IMG/VR virus record: IMGVR_UViG_3300032318_001123
Coordinates: 2,489-66,488 of that record
DNA length: 64,000 nt
Reading direction: 5' to 3' (one strand)
DNA from: a virus
Lineage: Duplodnaviria; Caudoviricetes
In this document: in pieces, positions 1 to 9,396 of the stretch
Position numbering within the stretch: the stretch's first letter is position 1
How the letters are laid out: each line of letters opens with the position of its first letter
Position numbers and translations under genes: made by a program
Notes under the pieces: model-generated
What the model was told of the DNA's origin: nothing
The model's database searches: none
Seen by the model: the letters and a program-made list of their open reading frames with translations, nothing else

Positions 1-1054
1 TCTGGGGCTGGAGAAGCAGGGTCGAGCTGAGCATCGCTCCGTCAGCCATTTGGCAGCGGAGACGATTGCTCAGTTGTACTTGAGGGAAAATCTTGTATCC
101 CAATCCACGGATAGAGTGGTAATAGCCGTTTGTACCAATTCCAAAGGGGAAAAATACAAAAGCACTGTTGATATGGTTATACAGGCTGCGTTTTACACAC
201 AGGAAATCTTCGGCCTGATTATTTTCCAAAGTAAGGTAGTAAGACACGGTGCCGTCGAACTCTTTCACCCATGCGTGGATTACTTTGACTTCAGAGGCGT
301 TAGCAGTACCAGTGAACAAGTCATTGTTTTTCAACTCGACCTGCAACCGTTCCCATTCTGTGTATGTCCCGGTCGATCCGTTAGTCGCTTTGATCAGAGC
401 CTTACGAACCTCCTCGACATTCCACCCCATCTCGGCAGCGGCTTGTTCATCTTCAATGAACCGATACAACTGATGGGCCTGATACGAACGGACGCACACG
501 GCCACTTCGATTTCGTCTTCACACGCAAGAGTCTTTCGCGGGATGAGAAAGTCTCCGAACATCGAAACACGCCAACGCCAATCGATGTCATCCTCCCAGT
601 ACGCAATGCTAACTCCGTGCGCAATGAAGTACTGACACAGGAGCAGGTAGTTAAAGTTGAACTGTGGCCAAGAACGGATGGCGCGAGTAAGTTCTTCGGC
701 AATAACGCTAGAGTATTCGATACGTGTTTTGGTATCGCCAAAATCGGTTTTCAAAGAGAGCAGATGCTCCACCGAGTGAATGATGTCCACATATCCGGAC
801 ATCGCATTCTCCAGAATATTCGAGGCTTCGTCAAAGTTGACGTTACAGCGGTATGACTGGCCGCTGGCCATGAGGTCAGTGTCGCTATAAGGGGGGACTC
901 CGTCGAACATCGCTTGAATCTCAGCGCGGTTCTTGGAGGACTTATCGTCGGCATCCTTCAGTTTGCGGTAGATTTCGTGAAGCGACTTGGAATCCTTGAC
1001 ACGACTACGCGGTGCACCGCTTTCCGATACGTTCTGGAGAAGGGTGTCGTTCAT
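1..1054 (-). CDS. Portal protein, N-terminal part (runs off left edge)
   Basis: Not in ORF track. Hand translation from ATG at 1054 (ATGA overlap with upstream stop) gives MNDTLLQNVSESGAPRSRVKD..., open for about 351 codons to the window edge. Position downstream of terL fits a portal; the product call is by synteny. Confidence 0.7.
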   Translation of the reverse strand, partial: MNDTLLQNVSESGAPRSRVKDSKSLHEIYRKLKDADDKSSKNRAEIQAMFDGVPPYSDTDLMASGQSYRCNVNFDEASNILENAMSGYVDIIHSVEHLLSLKTDFGDTKTRIEYSSVIAEELTRAIRSWPQFNFNYLLLCQYFIAHGVSIAYWEDDIDWRWRVSMFGDFLIPRKTLACEDEIEVAVCVRSYQAHQLYRFIEDEQAAAEMGWNVEEVRKALIKATNGSTGTYTEWERLQVELKNNDLFTGTANASEVKVIHAWVKEFDGTVSYYLTLENNQAEDFLCVKRSLYNHINSAFVFFPFGIGTNGYYHSIRGLGYKIFPQVQLSNRLRCQMADGAMLSSTLLLQPQ

Positions 1055-1935
1055 TCAGTAGGATTCCAATTATTTTTAAATTTCTTCACTCGTCTATCTG
1101 CAGTAGGTCGCTTTTTGGCGACTTTTTTTGTGGGTTCTACCACATCGTTGGTGTTTGTGGAAGAAATAGTTTTATATTTCTTACCATCAAGCTCAGCCAG
1201 AAGCAACCTTGCCAAGGAAAGATCTTTGCATCCATGTACCACAACAGCTTCGTCTGTTACTGGTTTATCTGTATGTAGATCAGGGTGCGGCATATCAAAG
1301 TTGTCAGAGACAATAATGCCGTCTTCACGCCTATAATTACATGTTTTCCAGTTGTGCTGGATCAAAGGTGTGTCGGTCAAACCCCCGCGTAATACTTCCC
1401 ATTGAATCCAGACATCGAAAGCCTGCCCCTCTTCAAATCTCCAGAGATCGCAGAGTTGAGTGAAATTGGTGGGGTAGATTCCGGTCCCCGCCATATGGGC
1501 ACCTTTCTCGATCAATCTTTTACTAGCATCCGTGTAATAGGTTGGATGCCTCGCCCCCATAAAAACAGCGTGCGCTGCTGTATATCCCTTTTGCAAAGCG
1601 TCCAACCACCCTCGCTTAACCGGAGTGTTATCTAACTCAAACCAATACCAAGGCTGATCAATGTTATACTCGGTGTACAAGTAACTCACTGTATTCCGGA
1701 AATAAGCGTTAGGGCCTAGGGGCCATCCTTTGGCTAGGCACTGAAATGCGTACGTCGAAGAGTTTCGAAACTGACTCTTGAGGCTGGTATGAAGTTTGTT
1801 AACGAGCGGTTCGCAGTCGGTCGATCCAACCACGAGTAGGTCGTGATTGGCGCAACCGCCAAGTTTAGTGATCAACTCCGATATGGGATCGATCATTTGC
1901 TCGTCAGCCTCGCTGACGGGTATGATTACAAGCAT
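1051..1935 (-). CDS. GT-A-like glycosyltransferase-like protein
   Basis: WYWFELD (DxD-like) and C-terminal VVHGCKD motif; basic tail; lies between terL and portal. Confidence 0.5.
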   Translation of the reverse strand: MLVIIPVSEADEQMIDPISELITKLGGCANHDLLVVGSTDCEPLVNKLHTSLKSQFRNSSTYAFQCLAKGWPLGPNAYFRNTVSYLYTEYNIDQPWYWFELDNTPVKRGWLDALQKGYTAAHAVFMGARHPTYYTDASKRLIEKGAHMAGTGIYPTNFTQLCDLWRFEEGQAFDVWIQWEVLRGGLTDTPLIQHNWKTCNYRREDGIIVSDNFDMPHPDLHTDKPVTDEAVVVHGCKDLSLARLLLAELDGKKYKTISSTNTNDVVEPTKKVAKKRPTADRRVKKFKNNWNPTE

Positions 1936-1941
1936 GAGTTT

Positions 1942-3696
1942 TTAGTGTCCGTAATTGATTCTTTTACCCGACTTTCTTACCAGATCAACCTTTTTAAACC
2001 ATTTTTTATAACTGCTATCCGGTTGGAACGGGTCGATCGGCATCTTGTCGATGGCGGTCAAGTTATGCCGAGTGCGGCAGAGTTCAATCAAAATAAATGC
2101 TGCGTCTGAAATATCTGGCGACTTGCCGATACGGACTTTCATGTCCGATTTTGTTTCGACGCGGATACGCATGCTCAAACCTTTTTCCGTGGTGTATTGG
2201 CGTTCCGTCATTTCCCGTACTAACTCTCTGGAGATACCAAATAATTGTTTATTACGTATCAATTCCTTACCAGTCCACCAGAGTTCGGAGACTCTATTAG
2301 CGTACCTCTCATGTCCCGGAATACGATCTGTAAGAGAAACGGGCCTCTCACTGGCTTTACCGCCGAACTGAACCCGGAGGACATTCCGCGACCACATCGC
2401 ATCTACCACGTCTCCGAATGGCGCACCGCCGCCGCTAGCATCATACGCAGCGTTTTGAGAAGTGACGCCCCAAGCCTCACACTTGTCCTTGAACTGACGG
2501 GCAATTTGAAAGGCTCTCGGCTCGTCCTTATTTGTGACATCCTCCCGAAGCTCCTCGTAGTGATCTAGGCATATGACACGCCTTCCCGTGGTATCTTTCC
2601 CTACGAAACCAAAGTAGAGAATACTGCGGTCACCGTTGGCACTGAATGAGGGGTCGAGAGCAGCCACTTTTGTAGGTTGATCGATCCACTGCACACGCTG
2701 GTCGGCTCCGTACTTGATGATATCCGACTCGCTGTAGATCGAGCTATCCGATCCCGTAGGACACCAGAATCCACGGTACATACGCCAGTAGCCGGGGCTA
2801 TTCTCACCCAGCTTGCTTGCGCTTTCCGCAAGGTTAGATGGCGTAATCATCCACGGGTACATGACGTGACCAGCTATGATGTTGGGGGACTTGTGGGCAT
2901 CGAAGTGCAGGCAGTGCCCACGTTCCGTTTCCCACTCCTCATCCTCCACGGTGATGGAGCCCCATCCGTCTTTGGGTGTGGCGAACTGGCCGAACGGATC
3001 GTAGTAACTCGCGGGGTTGCCGATGCCGATCAGCTGGAAGTACGGGTTGTTCGACAAGTTGGTATACGCAGCTTCGAGGATGGACTCACCAAGTTCTGGC
3101 AACTCGTCCGCGATGAAGATCACACGCTGCTGTTTGATACCGACTAGCTTGCCGACAGCCTCGCGTTCTTTCTTGCGCTCTGCAGCTACGAGAGCGATGC
3201 CGCAACGATCTCCGTACTTGGTGTCGGTACCATCGTCCATGCGGATCATACCAACGGAGTCGACCAACTTGCCCGGAAGCCCCGGAACAGCACGCCAAAG
3301 ATCGGTGATTGCGCCCCAGATACGCTTTCTGGATTCCTTAAGACTGGTCGAGGTGACAATCACGAGCGTGGCCCATGGCTTCATGAGGAAGTTGACGATG
3401 GCCCACAGAGCGTAGGCTTGGGATTTCCCACTACTGGCGCAACCAGCCACGGCCAGATACTTGTGCTCAAAAGCAGCCTCAATCATGCGCTCCAGCCAAG
3501 GAGTCCACTCGATTGGCATTTTCGAATCAGGGTGGTTCCACAACAGATCGACTACACGTTTGAAATGAAAAAGTTTGCCCGGAGACTGTGGAGGCGGGTC
3601 GTTCAAACAACTCAACTCCAACGTGACCAGCGTAATATCTTCGGGAAATTCCCGTCCGTAAACAGTGACTGTTTTTTTGTTTGCGGCCATGATCAA
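1942..3696 (-). CDS. terL: Terminase large subunit
   Basis: Walker A AGCASSGKS, Walker B IFIADE, C-terminal RNase H-like nuclease (AALDPS ... SPDISDA). Confidence 0.9.
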   Translation of the reverse strand: MIMAANKKTVTVYGREFPEDITLVTLELSCLNDPPPQSPGKLFHFKRVVDLLWNHPDSKMPIEWTPWLERMIEAAFEHKYLAVAGCASSGKSQAYALWAIVNFLMKPWATLVIVTSTSLKESRKRIWGAITDLWRAVPGLPGKLVDSVGMIRMDDGTDTKYGDRCGIALVAAERKKEREAVGKLVGIKQQRVIFIADELPELGESILEAAYTNLSNNPYFQLIGIGNPASYYDPFGQFATPKDGWGSITVEDEEWETERGHCLHFDAHKSPNIIAGHVMYPWMITPSNLAESASKLGENSPGYWRMYRGFWCPTGSDSSIYSESDIIKYGADQRVQWIDQPTKVAALDPSFSANGDRSILYFGFVGKDTTGRRVICLDHYEELREDVTNKDEPRAFQIARQFKDKCEAWGVTSQNAAYDASGGGAPFGDVVDAMWSRNVLRVQFGGKASERPVSLTDRIPGHERYANRVSELWWTGKELIRNKQLFGISRELVREMTERQYTTEKGLSMRIRVETKSDMKVRIGKSPDISDAAFILIELCRTRHNLTAIDKMPIDPFQPDSSYKKWFKKVDLVRKSGKRINYGH

Positions 3697-3755
3697 AAAA
3701 GTTTTTGACAGCCGTGACCGAGTAGTTCAAAGTCGGTGCACACAACTCGAAATAC

Positions 3756-4892
3756 ATGGGACAAACTCAAACACTTAAGTGGCCTCGCGTGCATCAATCG
3801 CGCTACGGCAAAGTCACGATCTATAAGCAATCTCGCATCGATGGCGACATGTACACGCTCGCGTGGTACGTAGGTAAAAAGCGTGTTCGTGAGACGAGCA
3901 TAGATCAAACGCAAGCTCAGGCTCGCGCTTCTGAAATACTGTCTATGTACCGCGATGGCAATCCTCCGAGAGAGCCGCGCAAACGCGAACCGAAATCCAA
4001 AAAATCTTGGGGTCATGTTATTGGTGACGTACCCATGGAGGAAGTGGTCAAGCACTACGCCCAGACACACAACCTATTGCCGTCAATCACGATTGAGAAC
4101 GTATGTAAGGGGTACATGTCCGTCAAGGTCAATTCGGGGATTAGCGCACGTTACCGCCAGACATTGCAGCATCACCTAAATAGATTCTCTGGGCAATTCG
4201 GGGCACAAAACATTAGTTCCGTATCCGTTGAAGACATAAACAACTACCTCCTTGCTTTCGCCGATTTGCGCACAAGATTTAACCACCGCGCCAGTCTCCA
4301 AGGACTGTTCAAATGGGCGAAAAGCCAGAACTATGTCCATAAGTCCAATGTCGAGGATACCGAGCTTCCGAAGTTCAAGGCTAAAACACCCGCACTTTTC
4401 TCGTCAGACGAACTCAAAAAACTAGCTGAAGTGGCGAGTGAGCGGAATATGCCTATGCTCATCGCGGCTGCATACGCTGGGATACGTATGTCGGAGATCG
4501 AACGCCTACGCTGGAGCGACATCAATTGGGACGAACGTGCATTTGTGCTTGGGCCTGAGATTACTAAGACTAACCGTGGCAGGGTGGCTTATTTCCCCCA
4601 GTGCGTCGAAGAGAAACTCCGCAACTTGGCGGTAGTGGCAAGACTGAAAGATTGCACCAAATTCCTGCAGGATACCTGCTCTGATCACATATCTGAACTG
4701 GTTAGGAAGAGCGGCGTATCTTGGAAGAAAAATGGGTTGCGTAAAACCTTCATCTCGTGTCGAATTGCGCAGACACGAAACGCAGCCGAAGTGGCCGAAC
4801 AATGTGGTAACTCTTCGACAGTTATCCAACAAAACTACAAGGGACTTGTAACCAAGTCGGAAGCCGAAACGTGGTTCAACATACTAGCTTAA
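3756..4892 (+). CDS. Tyrosine recombinase / integrase family protein
   Basis: Catalytic pattern GIR..E (R), KT (K), NGLRK (HxxR with N), CGNS (H/W position N), QNY (Y). Confidence 0.85.
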   Translation: MGQTQTLKWPRVHQSRYGKVTIYKQSRIDGDMYTLAWYVGKKRVRETSIDQTQAQARASEILSMYRDGNPPREPRKREPKSKKSWGHVIGDVPMEEVVKHYAQTHNLLPSITIENVCKGYMSVKVNSGISARYRQTLQHHLNRFSGQFGAQNISSVSVEDINNYLLAFADLRTRFNHRASLQGLFKWAKSQNYVHKSNVEDTELPKFKAKTPALFSSDELKKLAEVASERNMPMLIAAAYAGIRMSEIERLRWSDINWDERAFVLGPEITKTNRGRVAYFPQCVEEKLRNLAVVARLKDCTKFLQDTCSDHISELVRKSGVSWKKNGLRKTFISCRIAQTRNAAEVAEQCGNSSTVIQQNYKGLVTKSEAETWFNILA

Positions 4893-4893
4893 T

Positions 4894-5352
4894 ATGATCG
4901 TAATATCCATAGATCCGGGAAAATCTGGAGCCATTGTCTCCGGATGGAAAAGTGCAGAAGAACCCAAGTGCTTCAACATGCCAGAGACGCTTGGTGATAT
5001 AATTGACCTCTTCCGCAAAATCACAATAACTACAGACTGTGTTGTGTATCTCGAAAAGGTAGGTGGGTACGTTGGGGGTAAGGGTGCTCCGGGATCTGCT
5101 ATGTTCAACTTTGGGCAAAACTACGGCCATCTTGAAGCAGTGGCTTGCACATTGGGTCTAGAGGTACGTCACGTAACGCCACAGAAATGGCAGAAGGCTC
5201 TGGGTCTTGGCACTACGAATGGGCGATCCAAAACCGAGTGGAAAAATCACCTTAAATCCAAAGCACAAATGTTGTACCCGAACTACAAAGTAACACTAGC
5301 GAACGCAGATGCTTTGTTGATTTTCCATGCGGCTAAGCGCGAACTTATCTGA
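4894..5352 (+). CDS. RuvC-like Holliday junction resolvase
   Basis: ISIDPGKSGA, VYLE, FNFG..YG, PQKWQK, NADALLI motifs. Confidence 0.85.
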   Translation: MIVISIDPGKSGAIVSGWKSAEEPKCFNMPETLGDIIDLFRKITITTDCVVYLEKVGGYVGGKGAPGSAMFNFGQNYGHLEAVACTLGLEVRHVTPQKWQKALGLGTTNGRSKTEWKNHLKSKAQMLYPNYKVTLANADALLIFHAAKRELI

Positions 5353-5434
5353 GACTTTGCATATGGGACAACAGACGGGCACTATTAAGGGATTCGGGGG
5401 AATCTCGCGCAGTGTTGACAGTCTGCCCTGTGCA

Positions 5435-5495
5435 GCGACTCCGTATACTTGGGGGGATCCATTAAGGATCTTTGTATGCGGAGTCGCAATTTTTT
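5435..5495 (+). terminator. Long hairpin, probable intrinsic terminator of the recombinase-resolvase unit
   Basis: GCGACTCCGTATAC / GTATGCGGAGTCGC (14 bp with G-U) plus inner GATCC/GGATC, followed by AATTTTTT. Confidence 0.55.
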
Positions 5496-5760
5496 CTAGG
5501 AGGAATGGGATGGGCAATCATGTAGCCGACATTCATCCGAGGCACGTTGCCGTGGCCCTGCGTCAGCGTGTCGAACTTTTAGTGGGCAGTGTAGATATAC
5601 GGATGAGCGGCAATGGAGCAGGGCTCCGACCCGCCACGTCGAGGTCGGGAATTCAACGTTTGAAGCCATGTGGGGAGCTACAATCCCCATACGTTGAGTA
5701 TAACCTTGGTAACCCGTGCATTGAAAAGAGGATGCATACTCGTCCCCACTAAATCTCTTT

Positions 5761-6036
5761 ATGGCTAACAACGACATAACTCAGGCAGGTAAGGGAGATT
5801 CTCCTCGTCCGGTTAAGGGGGAGAAGTATCGCGAAAACTACGAAGCTATCTTCAAAAAGAAGAAAAAGTACCCAGATTGGATTTGCAACAGTTGTGGATC
5901 ACTCTATGGAAAACGTCCTGATGGCAATCCCTATGGGGCAACCTACCACCTTGACGCCTGCGATATCTGCGGATTGCACGGAGATGTTACTGAACCACGG
6001 GACTTTGGTCATCTTAGGGAGGGGTGGGATCGCTGA
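5761..6036 (+). CDS. Small zinc-ribbon protein
   Basis: CxxCG ... H..CxxCG; N-terminal GKGDSPRP segment. Confidence 0.65.
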   Translation: MANNDITQAGKGDSPRPVKGEKYRENYEAIFKKKKKYPDWICNSCGSLYGKRPDGNPYGATYHLDACDICGLHGDVTEPRDFGHLREGWDR

Positions 6037-8477
6037 AAACTCTCTATCCAGTCCAAGCAAGCCACGTACATAAGATCTGTACGGCTTTGCTGCGTAGTAA
6101 CGCCGCGCTGGACTCCAGCGACACGGGGACGGGTAAGACTGTTTGTGCTGTCGAGGCTACAAAGGCCCTTGGTAAGAAAGCCTTTGTTATCTGCCCGAAG
6201 ATCGTAATCCCTTCGTGGGAGAAGACCCTCAAGGAGCAAGGCGCATCCGTCATTGGCGTGATCAACTACGAGAAACTGAGGACTGGGCGTACACGATTCG
6301 GCCACTGGTCGGCGAAGAATTTCATGTTCACAATACCCGACGATGCGTTGATCATATGGGATGAGGTTCATCGGTGCCAAGGGATGTGGAGCAAGAACGC
6401 CAAGATGCTTATCTCGGCGAAGAAATGGATGAATCTTCTGCTTTCGGCTTCGGCCTGCGAAGACCCGACCGAGATGAGGGCTAGCGGCTTCGTATTGGGC
6501 CTCCACAGCCTCTCTAACTTCTTCAACTGGGCCAAGGCCCGTGGGTGCTACGTGAACCCGTGGGGAGCCCTAGAATTCAAACAGAACGAGCGATGGGCTT
6601 TGGATAGCATCAACCAAGAACTTTATCCAGCGCGAGGCGATCGTATGACACGAGCCGACCTCAAAGATTTTTTCAAAAGCACACGCATCATCACAGACCC
6701 CCTCGACTTCGGAGACAAGGGTCAGATCCAAAAAATTTATGACGAAATGGACCACGAACTCACGGCCCTTGAGCAAAAAGCCAAGGGAGACAGCAAAAAC
6801 AAAGCAGCGCAAAAACTCGTTGCCCAACTCAGAGCAAGACAAGGAGTCGAACTTGCAAAAGTCCCGGCAACGGTCGAGATCATTGAAGACGAAATCCACG
6901 CTGGAAACTCAGTCGCCGTCTTCCTCAACTTCGACGCTACGCTCGAAGCCATCGGCCAAAGGCTCAAAATCCCCTACGAAGTCATCAAAGGTGGGCAAAA
7001 AGCGGAAGATCGCGAAAAAGCCGTACAAAATTTTTGCGGAGACCGAATACACGTTATCCTATGCAACATTGCCGCTGGAGGATTGGGAGTCTCGCTCCAC
7101 GATGTACGGGGGATTCGTCCGCGCACGGCCCTTATTTCTCCCACGTACAACGCTAAAGACATGCTCCAAACCATCGGACGAGTAGACCGAGCGGGTGCGA
7201 AGACCGATAGCGTTCAGCGTATTCTCTTTGCGGCTGGCACGGTTGAGGAGAAAGTTGAAACGAGCGTTCGAGCAAAATTAAAAAATATTTCGGACCTGCA
7301 TGAAAAAGCATTGACCGACGATTCAAATACAAATACAAAGGACATACACATGAAAGACCAAGAGACGAAAACGGTGGAACCAGTCGCCGAAAAACTTCAC
7401 GCAGAGCACGGGCCGTCGAGCCTCAAGTACAAGGAGATCTGCCCAAGCTGGCGCAACCGTGAAGGGAAAAACTGGGCCTCGGAAAAAGGCGATCGCATTC
7501 ACGAGGCGATGGAGTTCGACGATCCGTCCAAGTGCGCCAACGATGATGAACGCGCCATCTACGAATCTCTCAGCGGCTACGTGGCCCAGATTACCAAGGG
7601 GAAGAAGATTGTTCGCGACTACCGCGAGGTGAAGGTCGATATCGACTTGGGGGCGGGGCGTAGCACATTTGGTACGTGCGATCGCTTCATGGTATACGCC
7701 AATGACGTAGCGGACGCGGTCGACTACAAAACAGGATTTGGTGCAATCGATGACGCCGAGATCAACATTCAAGGTCAGGCGTACGTTCTGGGACTGTTCC
7801 AAAAGTTCCCGAACGTGAACGAAATCACCATGTATTTTCTCGTGCCAGCGCGGGACGAGGTATCAATGCACACGTACAAGCGTAGTGATATGGGTAGTAT
7901 CAAGCTGCGTGTGTCTACGGTTATTGAACGCGCTGAATCGGGCGGTGTGTTCAATCCGCAAGCGGGTGTGTGTGACTACTGCGGAAACCAAGCTCGTTGC
8001 ACCGCGCTGGCCGAGAAAGCTCTTCTCATTGCGAAACGTTACGACACGGAAGGTCTGCCAATTCCCGAGTCCGTGCGGGGGTCCGATCAAGACGATCCAG
8101 CCAAAATTGCAGACCTACTGACTTTAGTTCCAATCATTGAGTCATGGGCTTCGGGTGTCCGGAAACGGGCGACTGAAGTTGCCGTGGATCAGGGAGTGGA
8201 GCTTCCGGGGTTCAAGGTGGTCGAAATGACCAAACCGAGAACCATCACCAGTGCGCTCGGTGCGTACGAAGCGGTTAAGGATAGCGTGGAGTTGCGCGAT
8301 TTCCTTACAGCCGTCGACAAGGTCTCAGTGACCAAGTTGGAAGACGTTTTCGCCCAGAAAGCCGCTCGCGGCACAAAGGCGAAATCCCGTGCTGCCCTCG
8401 AAGGGAAGTTGCGGGACTTGGGTGTCCTTCAAGATGAAGGTGTCACCTATCAACTCAGAAAGAATAAAAACCAATAA
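6024..8477 (+). CDS. SF2 (SNF2-like) helicase fused in frame to a Cas4-like PD-(D/E)XK nuclease (DUF2800-like)
   Basis: Helicase: DTGTGKT, WDEVH, LSAS, QTIGRVDR. After Met443: HGPSS..CP, G..IH, TCD..VDYKTG, QGQAY, CDYC...C. Confidence 0.85.
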   Translation: MGSLKTLYPVQASHVHKICTALLRSNAALDSSDTGTGKTVCAVEATKALGKKAFVICPKIVIPSWEKTLKEQGASVIGVINYEKLRTGRTRFGHWSAKNFMFTIPDDALIIWDEVHRCQGMWSKNAKMLISAKKWMNLLLSASACEDPTEMRASGFVLGLHSLSNFFNWAKARGCYVNPWGALEFKQNERWALDSINQELYPARGDRMTRADLKDFFKSTRIITDPLDFGDKGQIQKIYDEMDHELTALEQKAKGDSKNKAAQKLVAQLRARQGVELAKVPATVEIIEDEIHAGNSVAVFLNFDATLEAIGQRLKIPYEVIKGGQKAEDREKAVQNFCGDRIHVILCNIAAGGLGVSLHDVRGIRPRTALISPTYNAKDMLQTIGRVDRAGAKTDSVQRILFAAGTVEEKVETSVRAKLKNISDLHEKALTDDSNTNTKDIHMKDQETKTVEPVAEKLHAEHGPSSLKYKEICPSWRNREGKNWASEKGDRIHEAMEFDDPSKCANDDERAIYESLSGYVAQITKGKKIVRDYREVKVDIDLGAGRSTFGTCDRFMVYANDVADAVDYKTGFGAIDDAEINIQGQAYVLGLFQKFPNVNEITMYFLVPARDEVSMHTYKRSDMGSIKLRVSTVIERAESGGVFNPQAGVCDYCGNQARCTALAEKALLIAKRYDTEGLPIPESVRGSDQDDPAKIADLLTLVPIIESWASGVRKRATEVAVDQGVELPGFKVVEMTKPRTITSALGAYEAVKDSVELRDFLTAVDKVSVTKLEDVFAQKAARGTKAKSRAALEGKLRDLGVLQDEGVTYQLRKNKNQ
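7311..7339 (+). promoter_or_regulatory. Internal sigma70-like promoter upstream of nuclease ATG (7350)
   Basis: TTGACC-N17-TACAAA inside the helicase-nuclease linker. Confidence 0.4.
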
Positions 8478-8501
8478 ACCATTAGAAACCAAATAAACCA
8501 T

Positions 8502-9260
8502 ATGGCAACTGTATCGTTCAAAAATGCGACTCCCGTCACGGAGTCGGAAGTCATCGAAGCTCAAATCGTTCCAGTTAACGCTGAATCGAAAGTGGCTGCT
8601 GTCGCTCCCCAAACAAACAAAGTGATCCAAGGGGGTGCCAAGGGCATCGAAGGCGAGGTCACGATGAAGGACATTGTTCTTCCGCGCATCAACCTCGTGC
8701 AAAAGACTGGGCCGCTCGTCGACTCAGGAATGGTTCCGGGATCGTTTGTCTTCGACAAAGAAGTCCCGTTGAGCAACGGCAAAGACCCGCTCAAGATCAC
8801 CGTCCTGCGTCTCGTAAAGCAGTACAAGCAGAAGCTGGAGTACGGCGATCCCGCAACTCCGCTTGTGTTCACCACACAGCAGGAGGTCATCGATAACGGT
8901 GGCTCCCTACGCTACGGAGAACCCAACTACTTCCAAGAGATCGCGCATCTGTTTTTGGCCATCGCCAAACCGGAGAACATCTCCGAGCAGTACGCGGGTC
9001 ACTTCTACCGCGAGCACAACGGCAAACAGTACACCAACGCCGTGTACACCGTTGCTTCGACTGCGTTTACCTCGGTCGGCAAGAAGGTCATCAAGGCAGG
9101 CTACAGCCAACTCCGCGATGGTCTCTGGCTCGGCGAATGGAATCTGAACAGCGAACTTCAGAAAAATACCAAGGGCTCTTGGTTTATTCCGGAAGTGACA
9201 TTTACTGGCATGCATGATAAAGATGCTGCCGTGTTCTTTGATTCCATGGCGAATGCCTAA
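8502..9260 (+). CDS. Putative ssDNA-binding / annealing protein
   Basis: Lies between nuclease and polymerase; D+.lPRinLvQ motif and C-terminal KGSWFIPEV motif typical of phage SSB-like proteins. Confidence 0.55.
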   Translation: MATVSFKNATPVTESEVIEAQIVPVNAESKVAAVAPQTNKVIQGGAKGIEGEVTMKDIVLPRINLVQKTGPLVDSGMVPGSFVFDKEVPLSNGKDPLKITVLRLVKQYKQKLEYGDPATPLVFTTQQEVIDNGGSLRYGEPNYFQEIAHLFLAIAKPENISEQYAGHFYREHNGKQYTNAVYTVASTAFTSVGKKVIKAGYSQLRDGLWLGEWNLNSELQKNTKGSWFIPEVTFTGMHDKDAAVFFDSMANA

Positions 9261-9396
9261 TCACTAACAGTCCGGACTCGGTGCATGCTGTGCGGGGAGA
9301 TCCCGCAAGACAGGGGTATCGTAGGCGTGTTCACGCTTCTCATGTGTCTCCCCAGTGTGAAACAAAGCCGAGTCCGGACACTTTCTCTTACACACA

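Noticed and set aside
50-856. 268-aa plus-strand ORF
   Set aside because: Antisense shadow of the portal gene, which the track missed because it runs off the edge
3705-3733. TTGACA as recombinase promoter
   Set aside because: No acceptable -10 hexamer at 16-18 nt spacing
5353-5760. tRNA, attP core or real gene (ORFs 5327-5752 plus, 5496-5777 minus)
   Set aside because: No cloverleaf or T-loop; the ORFs lack motifs and the plus-strand one runs through the hairpin; likely regulatory, function not resolvable
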